The notes beneath the pieces are model-generated. The model had not been told where the DNA came from. It did no database searches and was given only the letters and a program-made list of their open reading frames with translations. A DNA stretch of 64,000 nucleotides from Chitinophagaceae bacterium. GTDB taxonomy: Bacteria; Bacteroidota; Bacteroidia; Chitinophagales; Chitinophagaceae. The number at the start of each line of letters is the position of its first letter. Position 1 is the stretch's first letter. The position numbers were made by a program, and so were the translations under genes. The stretch is taken from contig JANRLV010000150.1 in NCBI GenBank assembly GCA_033762195.1, positions 30,064 through 94,063 of the forward strand. Reading direction: 5' to 3'. Positions 27,641-37,529 of the stretch are shown here, piece after piece.

Positions 27641-28237
27641 ATGGCTGAGCAGAAATTTGTAGTTGGTAATTTTTATGATGAAGCGGTGCTTTTCCCCGCC
27701 GTTAAAAAGGTGAGAAAGGCCGGTTACAAGATCCACGATGTGTTTACTCCTTTCCCGATCCATGGACTGGATAAGGAAATGGGATTGCGTGATACGAGTT
27801 TGCACACCGCCGGTTTCATCTATGGTATCTCCGGAACCACCACGGCCGTAACCTTTATTACCTGGGCCCTGACAATTGACTGGCCTTTGAATATTGGTGG
27901 TAAGCCATTTTTCTCCCTTCCGGCCTGGATTCCTATCACCTTTGAGTTGACAGTATTGTTTGCCGCTGTAGGGATGGTGCTGACCTTCTGTTATCTCTGC
28001 CAATTGGCTCCCTTCGTAAAGAAAGACCATTTCAATCCCCGTTCTACGGATGATACGTTTGTCATGGCCCTGGAGTGTACAGACAAGACCAATGAAGCGG
28101 AAGCCATGGCTTTTTTGCAAAGCGCCGGTGCGCAGGATGTATCGGTACAGGTAAGGGAAACCCGTTGGTGGCTGGGTCGGTATGACAAAGACGAAAAACC
28201 TTTCCAGAAAGAAAAGGAAGCGCAAGCCACTGCATAA
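27641..28237 (+). CDS. actD: Alternative Complex III subunit ActD (DUF3341)
   Basis: Assigned from its position and size, the N-terminal soluble domain 'VGNFYDEAVLFPAVKKVRKAGYKIHDVFTPFPIHG' and its two TM helices. Confidence 0.8.
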   Translation: MAEQKFVVGNFYDEAVLFPAVKKVRKAGYKIHDVFTPFPIHGLDKEMGLRDTSLHTAGFIYGISGTTTAVTFITWALTIDWPLNIGGKPFFSLPAWIPITFELTVLFAAVGMVLTFCYLCQLAPFVKKDHFNPRSTDDTFVMALECTDKTNEAEAMAFLQSAGAQDVSVQVRETRWWLGRYDKDEKPFQKEKEAQATA

Positions 28238-28273
28238 ATCAAATCGCGAAGAACTATTAATAATATACGCCTG

Positions 28274-28936
28274 ATGAGAAAAAATATTTTGACAGCGGGA
28301 ACGGTAATTGCCCTTTTTATCCTGGCTGCCTGTAATAATGTAAGACGCGATCCGGGTCGTGTATATATGCCGGACATGTCGTACAGCAGGGCTTATGAGA
28401 CCTATGCGGAATTGGATAGCACCCAGTTCACGCAGAAAATGTCTGAAGCCGGGGAGAAGATCTTCTACAATGCCCAACCGGTAGCCGGTACAGTGGCCAT
28501 TGGGGAGATGCCTGCTTATCCGTATAAGAATGATTCCCTCGGATATGCGTTATCTGCCGGGGTACCAAACCCTTTATCTGCGCTGAGTGAGGGGGACATG
28601 AAAGAAGCCGAGCGTTTATACCTGATCAATTGTGGTATCTGTCATGGTTCCAAACTGGATGGCAATGGCCCGCTGTATAATGATGGCAATGGCCCGTATA
28701 CATCGGCTCCCAGAAACTTTATGGATCAGCTGATGAAGGACATGAAAGAAGGCACTATGTTTCATTCGGTGACCTATGGTAAGAACGCAATGGGGTCTTA
28801 TGCTTCGCAATTGACCACCAAGCAGCGTTGGATGATCATTCATTATATTAAAGACAAACAAGGGCTGAAGGCCCCTGCTGCTACAACGGCCGCTGTTGAT
28901 ACAACAGCCAATGCCGGTACAGCAGCTGGTAAATAA
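28274..28936 (+). CDS. actE: Alternative Complex III subunit ActE, monohaem cytochrome c lipoprotein
   Basis: It has the lipobox 'LAAC', a single 'CGICHG' motif and a downstream Met ligand region. Confidence 0.85.
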   Translation: MRKNILTAGTVIALFILAACNNVRRDPGRVYMPDMSYSRAYETYAELDSTQFTQKMSEAGEKIFYNAQPVAGTVAIGEMPAYPYKNDSLGYALSAGVPNPLSALSEGDMKEAERLYLINCGICHGSKLDGNGPLYNDGNGPYTSAPRNFMDQLMKDMKEGTMFHSVTYGKNAMGSYASQLTTKQRWMIIHYIKDKQGLKAPAATTAAVDTTANAGTAAGK

Positions 28937-28972
28937 GAAATTCTCATTGACGAATCAATTAAAAGACAACTG

Positions 28973-30199
28973 ATGGCTATCCGGGAACATTTTGAAATTC
29001 CGAAAAAGTACAACCTCTGGTCCTTTGCTTTGATGGGAGTGGGTGTCTTATCCATTGTACTCCTTTATATCACCCATGGGGCCAGCAGCGATCAACACGA
29101 AAGCGCCCGTTTTTGGGCCAGCCTGTTACAGAACAGTGTGTTCTTCCTGCTGGTGGTTAATGCTGCAATGTTCTTTATCTGTGCCACGACCCTGGCCTGG
29201 GGCGGATGGCAAATGAGTTTCCGCCGGGTGGCTGAAGCTATTTCTGCTGCCGTTCCGGTGATCGGTGTCATTGGTGTTGCCATCTTGCTGGCCATCGTTT
29301 TTAGTGATAACCATACGATCTACCACTGGACCGATACCGAGCACGTAAAGCATGACGCGATCCTTTCGCATAAATCGGGTTTCCTGAACAAAACTTTCTT
29401 TGCAGTTTGGACGGTGCTGACCGTAGTACTCTGGTCGGTATTAGGCTGGAAAATGAGAAGCCTCTCCCGTGAAACAGACAATAAGCCCCTGAATGTAGAA
29501 GAAGGCAAGAAATATGTTTGGAAGAATACCGTATGGGCTGCCCTTTACATGGTCGTATTTGCCCTTACCGTGATGTCCACCATCCCCTGGCTCTGGTTGA
29601 TGAGCATTGATGCACACTGGTACAGCACCATGTATTCCTGGTACACCTTTGCCAGCACCTTTGTTTCCGGTATGGCGCTCATCGCTTTATATGTGGTGTA
29701 TTTGAAGAATAAAGGATATCTGGAATACACCAACAACGAGCACCTGCATGACCTGGGTAAATTTATGTTCGCGTTCTCGGTGTTCTGGACCTACCTCTGG
29801 TTCTCCCAGTATATGCTGATCTGGTATGCGAACATTCCGGAGGAGACAACTTATTTTGAACCCCGGGTACAAGGGCCGTATAAAGGGATTTTCTTCCTGA
29901 ACCTGATCATCAACTTCATTTCGCCCCTGCTCATTCTGATGACACGCGATTCGAAGCGGAACTATACAATTGTGACCTTTATGGCTGTTTTGATCATATT
30001 TGGTCACTGGCTGGATTTTTTCCAAATGGTTCATCCTGCTATTTCGAACGATCATGTCCCCATGATGTTATATGATCTGGGGATCGCGCTTGGGTTTGTC
30101 GGACTGATTATGTTCCTGACTGCCCGGGCACTGGCAAAAGCACCGCTTGTGGCAAAGAACCACCCCTTTTTCAAGGAGAGTGTTATACATCACACATAA
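28973..30199 (+). CDS. actF: Alternative Complex III subunit ActF (second NrfD-like membrane subunit)
   Basis: A polytopic membrane protein of about 400 aa in the last position of the act operon. Confidence 0.8.
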   Translation: MAIREHFEIPKKYNLWSFALMGVGVLSIVLLYITHGASSDQHESARFWASLLQNSVFFLLVVNAAMFFICATTLAWGGWQMSFRRVAEAISAAVPVIGVIGVAILLAIVFSDNHTIYHWTDTEHVKHDAILSHKSGFLNKTFFAVWTVLTVVLWSVLGWKMRSLSRETDNKPLNVEEGKKYVWKNTVWAALYMVVFALTVMSTIPWLWLMSIDAHWYSTMYSWYTFASTFVSGMALIALYVVYLKNKGYLEYTNNEHLHDLGKFMFAFSVFWTYLWFSQYMLIWYANIPEETTYFEPRVQGPYKGIFFLNLIINFISPLLILMTRDSKRNYTIVTFMAVLIIFGHWLDFFQMVHPAISNDHVPMMLYDLGIALGFVGLIMFLTARALAKAPLVAKNHPFFKESVIHHT

Positions 30200-30250
30200 G
30201 CAAGCTTTTAGACAACGATATTTGTAAAACGTATATAGAAATCAACGATT

Positions 30251-31303
30251 ATGTCTACTTTCTTTGTCATAGCCATTCTTGTTCTCGGGTTCCTGATCAC
30301 CTTCCAGATCGCGAAGGCCAGTGAATATGTGTCGGTAATGCGTGGAGAAGAGAATGCCCGTAAACAAAGCAATAAGGTCAATGGCTTCCTGATGCTGGCA
30401 TTCCTGATCGTCGGCCTGTTCGGGGTTTATTATTGTAATGAAAAACTGAAAGGCACCATCCTTGGGGAAGCGGCTTCAAACCACGGGGAGAAGATCGATA
30501 CCATGCTTTATATTACCCTGGCCCTGACCTTTGTGGTTTTCGTTCTGACGCAGGTATTACTTTTCTGGTTTGCCTATAAATACCAGGAATCAGATAGACG
30601 TACACCTTACTATTTCCCCCATGATAATAAATTGGAGTTAATCTGGACCGTTATTCCTGCCATTGCATTGACCGTATTGGTGGGATTTGGTATCTATTAC
30701 TGGTTTGGCATCACTGGTGAAGCGCCTAAAGACGCGATGGTGGTGGAAGTGACCGGAAAGCAGTTTGGTTGGGAATTCCGTTATCCGGGAAAGGATGGCG
30801 AATTAGGTAAACGTTATTACAAAGAGACAAACGAGGCTAAAAATAATCCACTGGGTCAGCTTTGGGAAGACAAAGCCAATCATGATGATTTGTACGCTAC
30901 GCAGGAATTGCACCTGGTGGTCGGAAAGCCGGTGAAGATGGTGATCACCGCCAAGGATGTGATCCATGATGTGGGCCTGGTCCATTTTCGGATGAAGATG
31001 GATGCCGTACCGGGAACACCTACTACAATGTGGTTCACCCCTAAGTTTACGACCAAGCAGATGAAAGAGAAATACGGAGAAAATTTTGTGTACGAGATTT
31101 CTTGTGACCAAATGTGTGGCCGCGGGCACTATAGCATGCGGGGCACGATTGTCGTAGAGACTCAGGAAGAGTTTGACCGCTACCTGGCCGGAATGAAACC
31201 CCAGTACCTTGTAGCCAATCCTGATAAGGACCCAAGCATTAAAAAACCGGAAGCCCCGGCAGCCGATACAACCAAAGTGTTGGCTTCCGTTTTGCAACCT
31301 TGA
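30251..31303 (+). CDS. ctaC: Cytochrome c oxidase subunit II (CuA domain, no fused cytochrome c)
   Basis: It has two N-terminal TM helices and CuA ligands in 'HDVGLVHF' and 'CDQMCGRGHYSM'. Confidence 0.9.
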   Translation: MSTFFVIAILVLGFLITFQIAKASEYVSVMRGEENARKQSNKVNGFLMLAFLIVGLFGVYYCNEKLKGTILGEAASNHGEKIDTMLYITLALTFVVFVLTQVLLFWFAYKYQESDRRTPYYFPHDNKLELIWTVIPAIALTVLVGFGIYYWFGITGEAPKDAMVVEVTGKQFGWEFRYPGKDGELGKRYYKETNEAKNNPLGQLWEDKANHDDLYATQELHLVVGKPVKMVITAKDVIHDVGLVHFRMKMDAVPGTPTTMWFTPKFTTKQMKEKYGENFVYEISCDQMCGRGHYSMRGTIVVETQEEFDRYLAGMKPQYLVANPDKDPSIKKPEAPAADTTKVLASVLQP

Positions 31304-31357
31304 TAATATTATAGAAAAACTGATCACGCGTTTAAATACGACGATTAAACAACGATT

Positions 31358-33172
31358 ATGAGTACTGAAGCAAGTATGCATGCACATGCAGTGACAGAAC
31401 ACCACAATGGTCATGATGGTCACAATGGTCATCATCACCATCATGAAACTTTCGTCAGCAAGTATATCTTCAGCATGGATCACAAGATGATCGCCCGTCA
31501 GTTCCTGATCACAGGGATGGTATGGGCCATCATTGGCGGATTATTCTCCGTGCTGTTTCGTTTGCAACTTGGTTATCCCGACCAAAGTTTTCCGATCCTG
31601 GAAACCTTCTTTGGTAAATGGGCACAAGGGGGAAAGATCCTTCCTGAATTCTATTATGCCCTGGTGACCATGCACGGTACCGTACTTGTATTCTTTGTAT
31701 TGACAGCCGGATTGAGCGGCACATTTGCCAACCTGCTTATTCCCCTGCAGATCGGTGCGCGTGATATGGCATCTCCCTTCCTGAACATGTTGTCCTACTG
31801 GTTCTTCTTCCTTGCCAGTCTGGTAATGATCGGTTCCTTGTTTATTGAAACAGGCCCTGCCAGTGGTGGATGGACCATGTACCCGCCATTGAGCGCTGTG
31901 CCACAGGCCGGATTGGGTTCCCGCCTTGGAGCTGATCTGTGGTTGGTGAGTATGGCCCTGTTTATTGTTTCTTCTCTCCTCGGAGGTTTGAACTATATCT
32001 CTACCGTATTAAATATGCGTACCAAGGGTATGAGTATGACCCGTATGCCGTTGACCATGTGGGCCATGTTCTTTACTGCGGTACTGGGCGTATTGTCTTT
32101 CCCGGTATTGTTGTCCGGAGCCATCCTGCTCCTGTTCGACCGTAACCTGGGTACCAGCTTCTACCTGAGTGATATCGTGGTGAATGGAGAGATCCTTTCC
32201 AATGAAGGAGGTAGCGCCATTCTTTACCAGCACTTGTTCTGGTTCCTTGGACACCCCGAAGTGTATATCATTCTCTTGCCCGCGATGGGTATGGTATCTG
32301 AGATATTGAGTGTGAATTCACGCAAACCGATCTTTGGATACATGGCGATGGTGGGGTCTCTGTTCGCTATTGCGATCCTCGCCTTCCTGGTATGGGCACA
32401 CCATATGTTTGTCACGGGGTTGAACCCCTTCCTGGGCGCCTTCTTCGTATTGCTAACGCTTTTGATCGCGGTGCCATCGGCCATCAAGGTATTTAACTGG
32501 CTGACCACCTTATGGCGGGGAAATATCCGGTTTACACCGGCAACCCTGTTTGCCATTGGTTTTGTAAGCTTGTTCATCTCCGGTGGTTTGACCGGTATCT
32601 TCCTGGGTAACTCCACTATTGATATTCACCTGCATGATACCATGTTTGTGGTGGCCCACTTCCATATTGTAATGGGTGTGGCTTCCTTCTTTGGTATGTT
32701 TGCCGGGGTGTACCATTGGTTCCCGAAGATGTTTGGTCGTTATTTGAACAATACCCTTGGATATATCCATTTCTGGGTCACCTTTATTTGCGCCTACCTG
32801 ATCTTCTGGCCCATGCACTATCAGGGATTGGCCGGGGTACCACGTCGTTACCTGGAAAAATCAGCGTGGAACTCCTTTAACCAATTTGGAGATCTGGATA
32901 AAATGATCACGGTGGCTTCCATTGTCGTATTTGCCGTGCAATTGATGTTCATATTCAATTTCTTTTATTCAATTTTCAAAGGCAGAAAAGTGCGTACCCA
33001 AAACCCCTGGGGAGCGAATACTTTGGAGTGGACCACACCGATCAACCCGGGTCATGGTAACTGGGAAGGAGAAATTCCTGAAGTACACCGTTGGGCGTAT
33101 GATTATGGTAAGGATGGTGTAGAGTTCATCCCCCAAACAGTTCCTGTTGGCGAAAATGAGAGTAAACATTAA
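31358..33172 (+). CDS. ctaD: Cytochrome c oxidase subunit I (haem-copper oxidase) with His-rich N-terminal extension
   Basis: HCO signatures 'LFWFLGHPEVYI' and 'WAHHMF', with 12 or more TM helices. Confidence 0.95.
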   Translation: MSTEASMHAHAVTEHHNGHDGHNGHHHHHETFVSKYIFSMDHKMIARQFLITGMVWAIIGGLFSVLFRLQLGYPDQSFPILETFFGKWAQGGKILPEFYYALVTMHGTVLVFFVLTAGLSGTFANLLIPLQIGARDMASPFLNMLSYWFFFLASLVMIGSLFIETGPASGGWTMYPPLSAVPQAGLGSRLGADLWLVSMALFIVSSLLGGLNYISTVLNMRTKGMSMTRMPLTMWAMFFTAVLGVLSFPVLLSGAILLLFDRNLGTSFYLSDIVVNGEILSNEGGSAILYQHLFWFLGHPEVYIILLPAMGMVSEILSVNSRKPIFGYMAMVGSLFAIAILAFLVWAHHMFVTGLNPFLGAFFVLLTLLIAVPSAIKVFNWLTTLWRGNIRFTPATLFAIGFVSLFISGGLTGIFLGNSTIDIHLHDTMFVVAHFHIVMGVASFFGMFAGVYHWFPKMFGRYLNNTLGYIHFWVTFICAYLIFWPMHYQGLAGVPRRYLEKSAWNSFNQFGDLDKMITVASIVVFAVQLMFIFNFFYSIFKGRKVRTQNPWGANTLEWTTPINPGHGNWEGEIPEVHRWAYDYGKDGVEFIPQTVPVGENESKH

Positions 33173-33204
33173 AAAATACAGCCCTGAAAGAAGATAAGAT
33201 TTTG

Positions 33205-34107
33205 ATGGGAGAGGATAACATTAAGGGGCAGGTAAGTTCTTTTACAATTTCCGGGAAGATCAGGGACTATGGTAAGCTTATAAAAATGTCCCTCAGCATC
33301 ATGGTGGTTTTTTCCGCTGTGATCAGCTATCTGTTGGCGCCCAAAGTGGTGGCTTATGACTGGACCAGTATTCTGCTTTTATTTATAGCAGGTATGTTGG
33401 TAACAGGAAGCGCTAATGCGGTGAACCAGGTAGTAGAGCGGGATACGGATGCGTTGATGAAACGAACAGCATCCCGACCTGTGGCTGCTGGGCGAATGAG
33501 CGTGACCGAAGGCTGGGCTTTTTCGATCATTACCGGGGTGGCGGGTGTATTCCTGCTGGCCTGGTTCTTCAATGGTGTTTCGGCGGCGATAGCGGCATTT
33601 AGTTGGTTTCTGTATGCTTTTATCTATACCCCGTTAAAGAAAGTAAACGCCATTTCAGTGATCGTGGGAGCTGTGCCAGGTGCGTTGCCTTGTTTGATCG
33701 GATGGGCCGCCGGGGATGATCAGTTATCTGCAGGAGGCTGGATCCTTTTTGCTTTTCAGTTTTTATGGCAGTTTCCCCATTTCTGGGCGATTGCCTGGCT
33801 GGCACACAAGGATTATTCGGCAGCAGGTTTTCGGTTATTGCCAGGCGAAAAGGACCCTACGCGATACACGGCTTTGCAGTCGATCCTTTATTCCCTGTTG
33901 CTCTTTCCCATAGGCTTTGCGCCTTACCTGACGGGAATGACAGGATGGGTAAGCGCGATCATTGTAACGGTAGCCAACCTGTTTATGCTTTGGCAATCGG
34001 TTCGTTTGTACCGGGAAATGGAAGCCAAAGCCGCCCGGAGAGTCATGTTTGGAAGTTATATCTACCTGCCAGTGGTTTTACTGGCCTGGTTGATCGATAA
34101 AGTGTAG
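33205..34107 (+). CDS. cyoE: Protohaem IX farnesyltransferase (haem O synthase)
   Basis: A UbiA-family prenyltransferase with 'NQVVERDTDALMKRT' and a second Asp-rich region. It lies within the cox cluster. Confidence 0.9.
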   Translation: MGEDNIKGQVSSFTISGKIRDYGKLIKMSLSIMVVFSAVISYLLAPKVVAYDWTSILLLFIAGMLVTGSANAVNQVVERDTDALMKRTASRPVAAGRMSVTEGWAFSIITGVAGVFLLAWFFNGVSAAIAAFSWFLYAFIYTPLKKVNAISVIVGAVPGALPCLIGWAAGDDQLSAGGWILFAFQFLWQFPHFWAIAWLAHKDYSAAGFRLLPGEKDPTRYTALQSILYSLLLFPIGFAPYLTGMTGWVSAIIVTVANLFMLWQSVRLYREMEAKAARRVMFGSYIYLPVVLLAWLIDKV

Positions 34108-34135
34108 TTGAAATTGTGTAAAATTTAAAAGCGAG

Positions 34136-34705
34136 ATGGATATCGTGAGCACAGTAGAACAAAAGAGAATGCACCCCAGCAAGTTTACCTTGTGGGTGGC
34201 TATCGGCAGTATCATTATGATGTTTGCCGGTTTGACAAGCGCCTATATTGTCAAGAGTAGCCAGGCGGGATGGCGGGAGATCGTACTTCCCACCGTATTT
34301 TGGTACTCTACTGCGGCGATATTGTTGAGCAGTTTGACGGTGCAGATGGCCTTACGCTCTTTTAAGCAAAGGGAGATGAGCAAGTACCGGATCCTGATTG
34401 CGGTAACATTTATACTGGGGGCTTTATTTGTGGCCCTTCAGTGGATCGGTTTCCGACAATTATGGGATAGCGGGGTACAATTCAAAGGGGCATCAGGTGC
34501 AGGGCAGTTCCTGTATGTGATTGCCGGATTGCATGCCGTTCACGTGATCGGCGGGGTGATCGCCCTGTTGGTGATGTTCATCAAGGCCTTTTTTGGAAGA
34601 TCAAGAAATTATAGCAATACCCCGGTGGAAGTAGCAGCAACCTATTGGCATTTTGTTGACCTGCTTTGGATCTACCTGGTGGTGTTCTTTACCTGGATAG
34701 GGTAA
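34136..34705 (+). CDS. Cytochrome c oxidase subunit III family protein (short form)
   Basis: It has 5 TM helices, the C-terminal 'YWHFVDLLWI' subunit III signature and a cox-cluster position. Confidence 0.85.
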   Translation: MDIVSTVEQKRMHPSKFTLWVAIGSIIMMFAGLTSAYIVKSSQAGWREIVLPTVFWYSTAAILLSSLTVQMALRSFKQREMSKYRILIAVTFILGALFVALQWIGFRQLWDSGVQFKGASGAGQFLYVIAGLHAVHVIGGVIALLVMFIKAFFGRSRNYSNTPVEVAATYWHFVDLLWIYLVVFFTWIG

Positions 34706-34739
34706 GCATATAGTTAAAATTTAAACCTAAAACGACGAC

Positions 34740-35612
34740 ATGGCTTCTACAGTAACGGCGCATCAAACCAAGTGGTGGAGTGGGGGTAAGAGCCCATTCA
34801 ACCTCGAGTATGGCAAACTCATGATGTGGTATTTTCTTATGAGTGATGCCTTCACTTTTGGCGCCTTCCTGATCTCTTATGGTACGGTCCGCTTTTCTCA
34901 GAATTTCTGGCCCGACCCTAACGTAGTGTTTAATGCCTTTCCCGGTGCCGGTCATGCCAACCTGCCCCTGGCCTTTGTGAGTGTAATGACCTTTATCCTG
35001 ATCATCAGCTCGGTGACCATGGTATTGGCGGTGCATGCCGGGCATAACAATGATAAGAAAGGAGTAGTTAAATGGTTGTTCTGGACCATCGTAGGAGGTC
35101 TGGCTTTCCTTGGCTGTCAGGCTTGGGAATGGACCCACCTGCTGACTGGGGAACATGCCACACTGGTAAGCGGTCATATTGAACTGCTTCCTCAAACCAC
35201 CAGTGTGAACCCTTGGGGACCACTGGTAGATGGCGCTGCTGTAACCGATGCGCTGAAGAATTCAACACCTCAGGTTTTAGCCCGACTGGTACATGAGCAT
35301 GATGCTACCCGCTCGATTGAGCAACTGGTGGCCATGCCCAAAGATCAATTGCTGGCTATGGTCAATACCGCAGAATTACATGTACGCGAAACAGGCCCTG
35401 TTGCTTTTGGCGGTTATTTCTTTGGCATCACTGGTTTCCATGGATTTCACGTATTCTCCGGGGTCATCATCAATATCATCATGTTGATCATGACACAAAA
35501 AGATGTATTTGCCCGTCGTGGTCATTACCTGATGATCGAGAAGGCCGGATTGTACTGGCACTTTGTAGACCTGGTATGGGTATTTGTATTCCTTTGTTTC
35601 TATCTGATCTAA
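34740..35612 (+). CDS. Cytochrome c oxidase subunit III family protein (long form with about 80-aa soluble insertion)
   Basis: The 'YWHFVDLVWVFVF' signature is present, and 'EWTHL' precedes the insertion. Confidence 0.85.
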   Translation: MASTVTAHQTKWWSGGKSPFNLEYGKLMMWYFLMSDAFTFGAFLISYGTVRFSQNFWPDPNVVFNAFPGAGHANLPLAFVSVMTFILIISSVTMVLAVHAGHNNDKKGVVKWLFWTIVGGLAFLGCQAWEWTHLLTGEHATLVSGHIELLPQTTSVNPWGPLVDGAAVTDALKNSTPQVLARLVHEHDATRSIEQLVAMPKDQLLAMVNTAELHVRETGPVAFGGYFFGITGFHGFHVFSGVIINIIMLIMTQKDVFARRGHYLMIEKAGLYWHFVDLVWVFVFLCFYLI

Positions 35613-35645
35613 ACCCACAAAAAAATTAATTAATACTATTTCCCC

Positions 35646-36071
35646 ATGGAGCACAATACCATTTCCCCAGAGATCACTTTCCAGCATCATACGGATGATG
35701 CGGAGTTCAAGAAGCGGATCCGAAAGACCACGATCCTTCTGTCTGTGATCACGATCATTGAACTGGCTATCGGTTTGGCGATCTATAACATTCACAAAGG
35801 GGAAAATCCCAGTGAACTGTTGGTCCTCATGTTCAAAGGACTTGTTTGTATCCTGACCCTGGCAAAAGCTTATTATATCGTTTCGATATTCATGCACCTG
35901 GGCGATGAGATCCGGAATATGATCATGACGATCGTAGTGCCCTTATTGCTTTTTATCTGGTTCATTGCGGCGTTTTTGATTGATGGTAATTCTTACAAGA
36001 ACCTGCGGAACAAATATGACCCGCATTTCAAGGAGCGCACGACCGTAGAACACAAGAGCGGCAAACATTGA
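35646..36071 (+). CDS. Cytochrome c oxidase subunit IV family small membrane protein
   Basis: A protein with about 3 TM helices immediately after the subunit III genes. Assigned by position and size. Confidence 0.6.
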   Translation: MEHNTISPEITFQHHTDDAEFKKRIRKTTILLSVITIIELAIGLAIYNIHKGENPSELLVLMFKGLVCILTLAKAYYIVSIFMHLGDEIRNMIMTIVVPLLLFIWFIAAFLIDGNSYKNLRNKYDPHFKERTTVEHKSGKH

Positions 36072-36153
36072 TGGTCCCGGGGTACAGCGTGAACGAATTA
36101 AATGACGATAAGACCACTGCCCCGGCAGTGGTTTTTTTATAAAAATATCTCCT

Positions 36154-36984
36154 GTGAACAAGAAAGCATTTCTGGCCCTTTTGATGGCATTGATCATTCC
36201 GCTGATCTGTTATTTTGTAGTAAAACAATTCAGCTCGGAAGCGGTGCAGATGCCCCGTCGATTCTTTAGTGACTCTACCGAAGTGGATACGGTCAGGGGT
36301 AAATTGTACAGCGATACTGCCTGGCACCGGGTCCCTGATTTTACCTTCACCAATCAATTGGGGCAGAAAGTGTCGATGAGCGACCTGAAATATGTAAAAA
36401 ATGGCGATACGCTCAATAAGATCATCGTTGCCGATTTTTTCTTTACCCATTGCCCGACGATTTGTCCCGGAATGACGGCCAATATGCGTAAGCTGCAGAC
36501 CTCAATCAAGAAAGCACAGCGGGTTGGTAATACCACACCTGATTTTATCCATTTTATCTCCTTTAGTATTGACCCGGAACGGGATTCCGTACAGCAATTG
36601 AAGAAATGGGCCGACCGGTTTCAGATCAACCCCGAGATGTGGTGGTTATTGACCGGTGACCGTAAGCAGATCTATGACCTTTCGCTCAATGAAATGAAAT
36701 TGATCGCCGTGGATGGGGAGGGTGTTGATACCAATTTCATCCATACCGATAAATTTGTGCTCATTGATGGGGATCGCATCATACGGGGATACTACAATGG
36801 GCTGGATAGCATAAGCCTCGCCCGTTTGTCCAATGATATAATTTTTCTGAGCCTGGAGAAGAACCGGAATAAGAAAAGTTTCTTTTCCGGTAAACTAGAA
36901 TTGATCGCCGTTGTTTTCCTTTTGGCCCTTGTGGGACTGGGCCTTTTTCTGCTTGTTTTACGTAAAACCAAAAACCAAAATTGA
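36154..36984 (+). CDS. SCO family copper chaperone / thioredoxin-fold protein (GTG start)
   Basis: It has the 'FFFTHCPTICP' CxxxC motif with a downstream His, plus N- and C-terminal TM helices. Confidence 0.85.
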   Translation: MNKKAFLALLMALIIPLICYFVVKQFSSEAVQMPRRFFSDSTEVDTVRGKLYSDTAWHRVPDFTFTNQLGQKVSMSDLKYVKNGDTLNKIIVADFFFTHCPTICPGMTANMRKLQTSIKKAQRVGNTTPDFIHFISFSIDPERDSVQQLKKWADRFQINPEMWWLLTGDRKQIYDLSLNEMKLIAVDGEGVDTNFIHTDKFVLIDGDRIIRGYYNGLDSISLARLSNDIIFLSLEKNRNKKSFFSGKLELIAVVFLLALVGLGLFLLVLRKTKNQN

Positions 36985-37523
36985 TGTTACCTGCTGTTTG
37001 GAAAAAGAATGATAAGAAGGCCAGGTTCCTTATTCTCAGTTTTTCGCTGATTGTATTTACGGCTGTGGTGGCTTTAGGCCGCATTAGTCTGGATGTTGAC
37101 CTTGGGTTTGACGTACATATTTTCGCCAAAGCCAATGCAGTAATAAATACCTGTGTGGCCATTCTTTTATTGGCAGCATTGCTGGCGGTAAAGGGTAAAA
37201 AGTACCTGTTGCATAAGCGCCTGATGATGACGGCCATGGTACTATCCATCTTGTTTTTGGTCAGTTATATCGCGCACCATCTTTTTGCCGGGGAGACCAA
37301 GTTTGGCGGGGAAGGTTTTTCAAAGACCATTTATTATTTGATCTTATTTACGCATATCCCCCTTGCGGGTATCATTCTGCCCTTTATTCTTTATACAGCC
37401 TATTATGGGCTCACCGGAGAATTTGGTCGTCATAAAAAAACGGCGCGGATCACCTGGCCTGTTTGGTTTTATGTAGCGGTGACAGGTGTGGTGGTATATT
37501 GGATGATCAGTCCCTATTATTGA
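36984..37523 (+). CDS. DUF420 membrane protein (commonly linked to aa3 oxidase clusters)
   Basis: It has 4 TM helices, a TGATG stop/start overlap with the SCO gene, and DUF420-like size and position. Confidence 0.65.
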   Translation: MLPAVWKKNDKKARFLILSFSLIVFTAVVALGRISLDVDLGFDVHIFAKANAVINTCVAILLLAALLAVKGKKYLLHKRLMMTAMVLSILFLVSYIAHHLFAGETKFGGEGFSKTIYYLILFTHIPLAGIILPFILYTAYYGLTGEFGRHKKTARITWPVWFYVAVTGVVVYWMISPYY

Positions 37524-37529
37524 TACTTA

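Noticed and set aside
27614-28477. 287-aa minus-strand ORF
   Set aside because: It is antisense to actD and the start of actE and has no domain signature. The + strand genes fit the canonical ACIII operon.
30803-31483. 226-aa minus-strand ORF spanning the coxII/coxI junction
   Set aside because: It is antisense to two highly conserved oxidase genes. Its His/Cys-rich composition simply mirrors the sense-strand codons.
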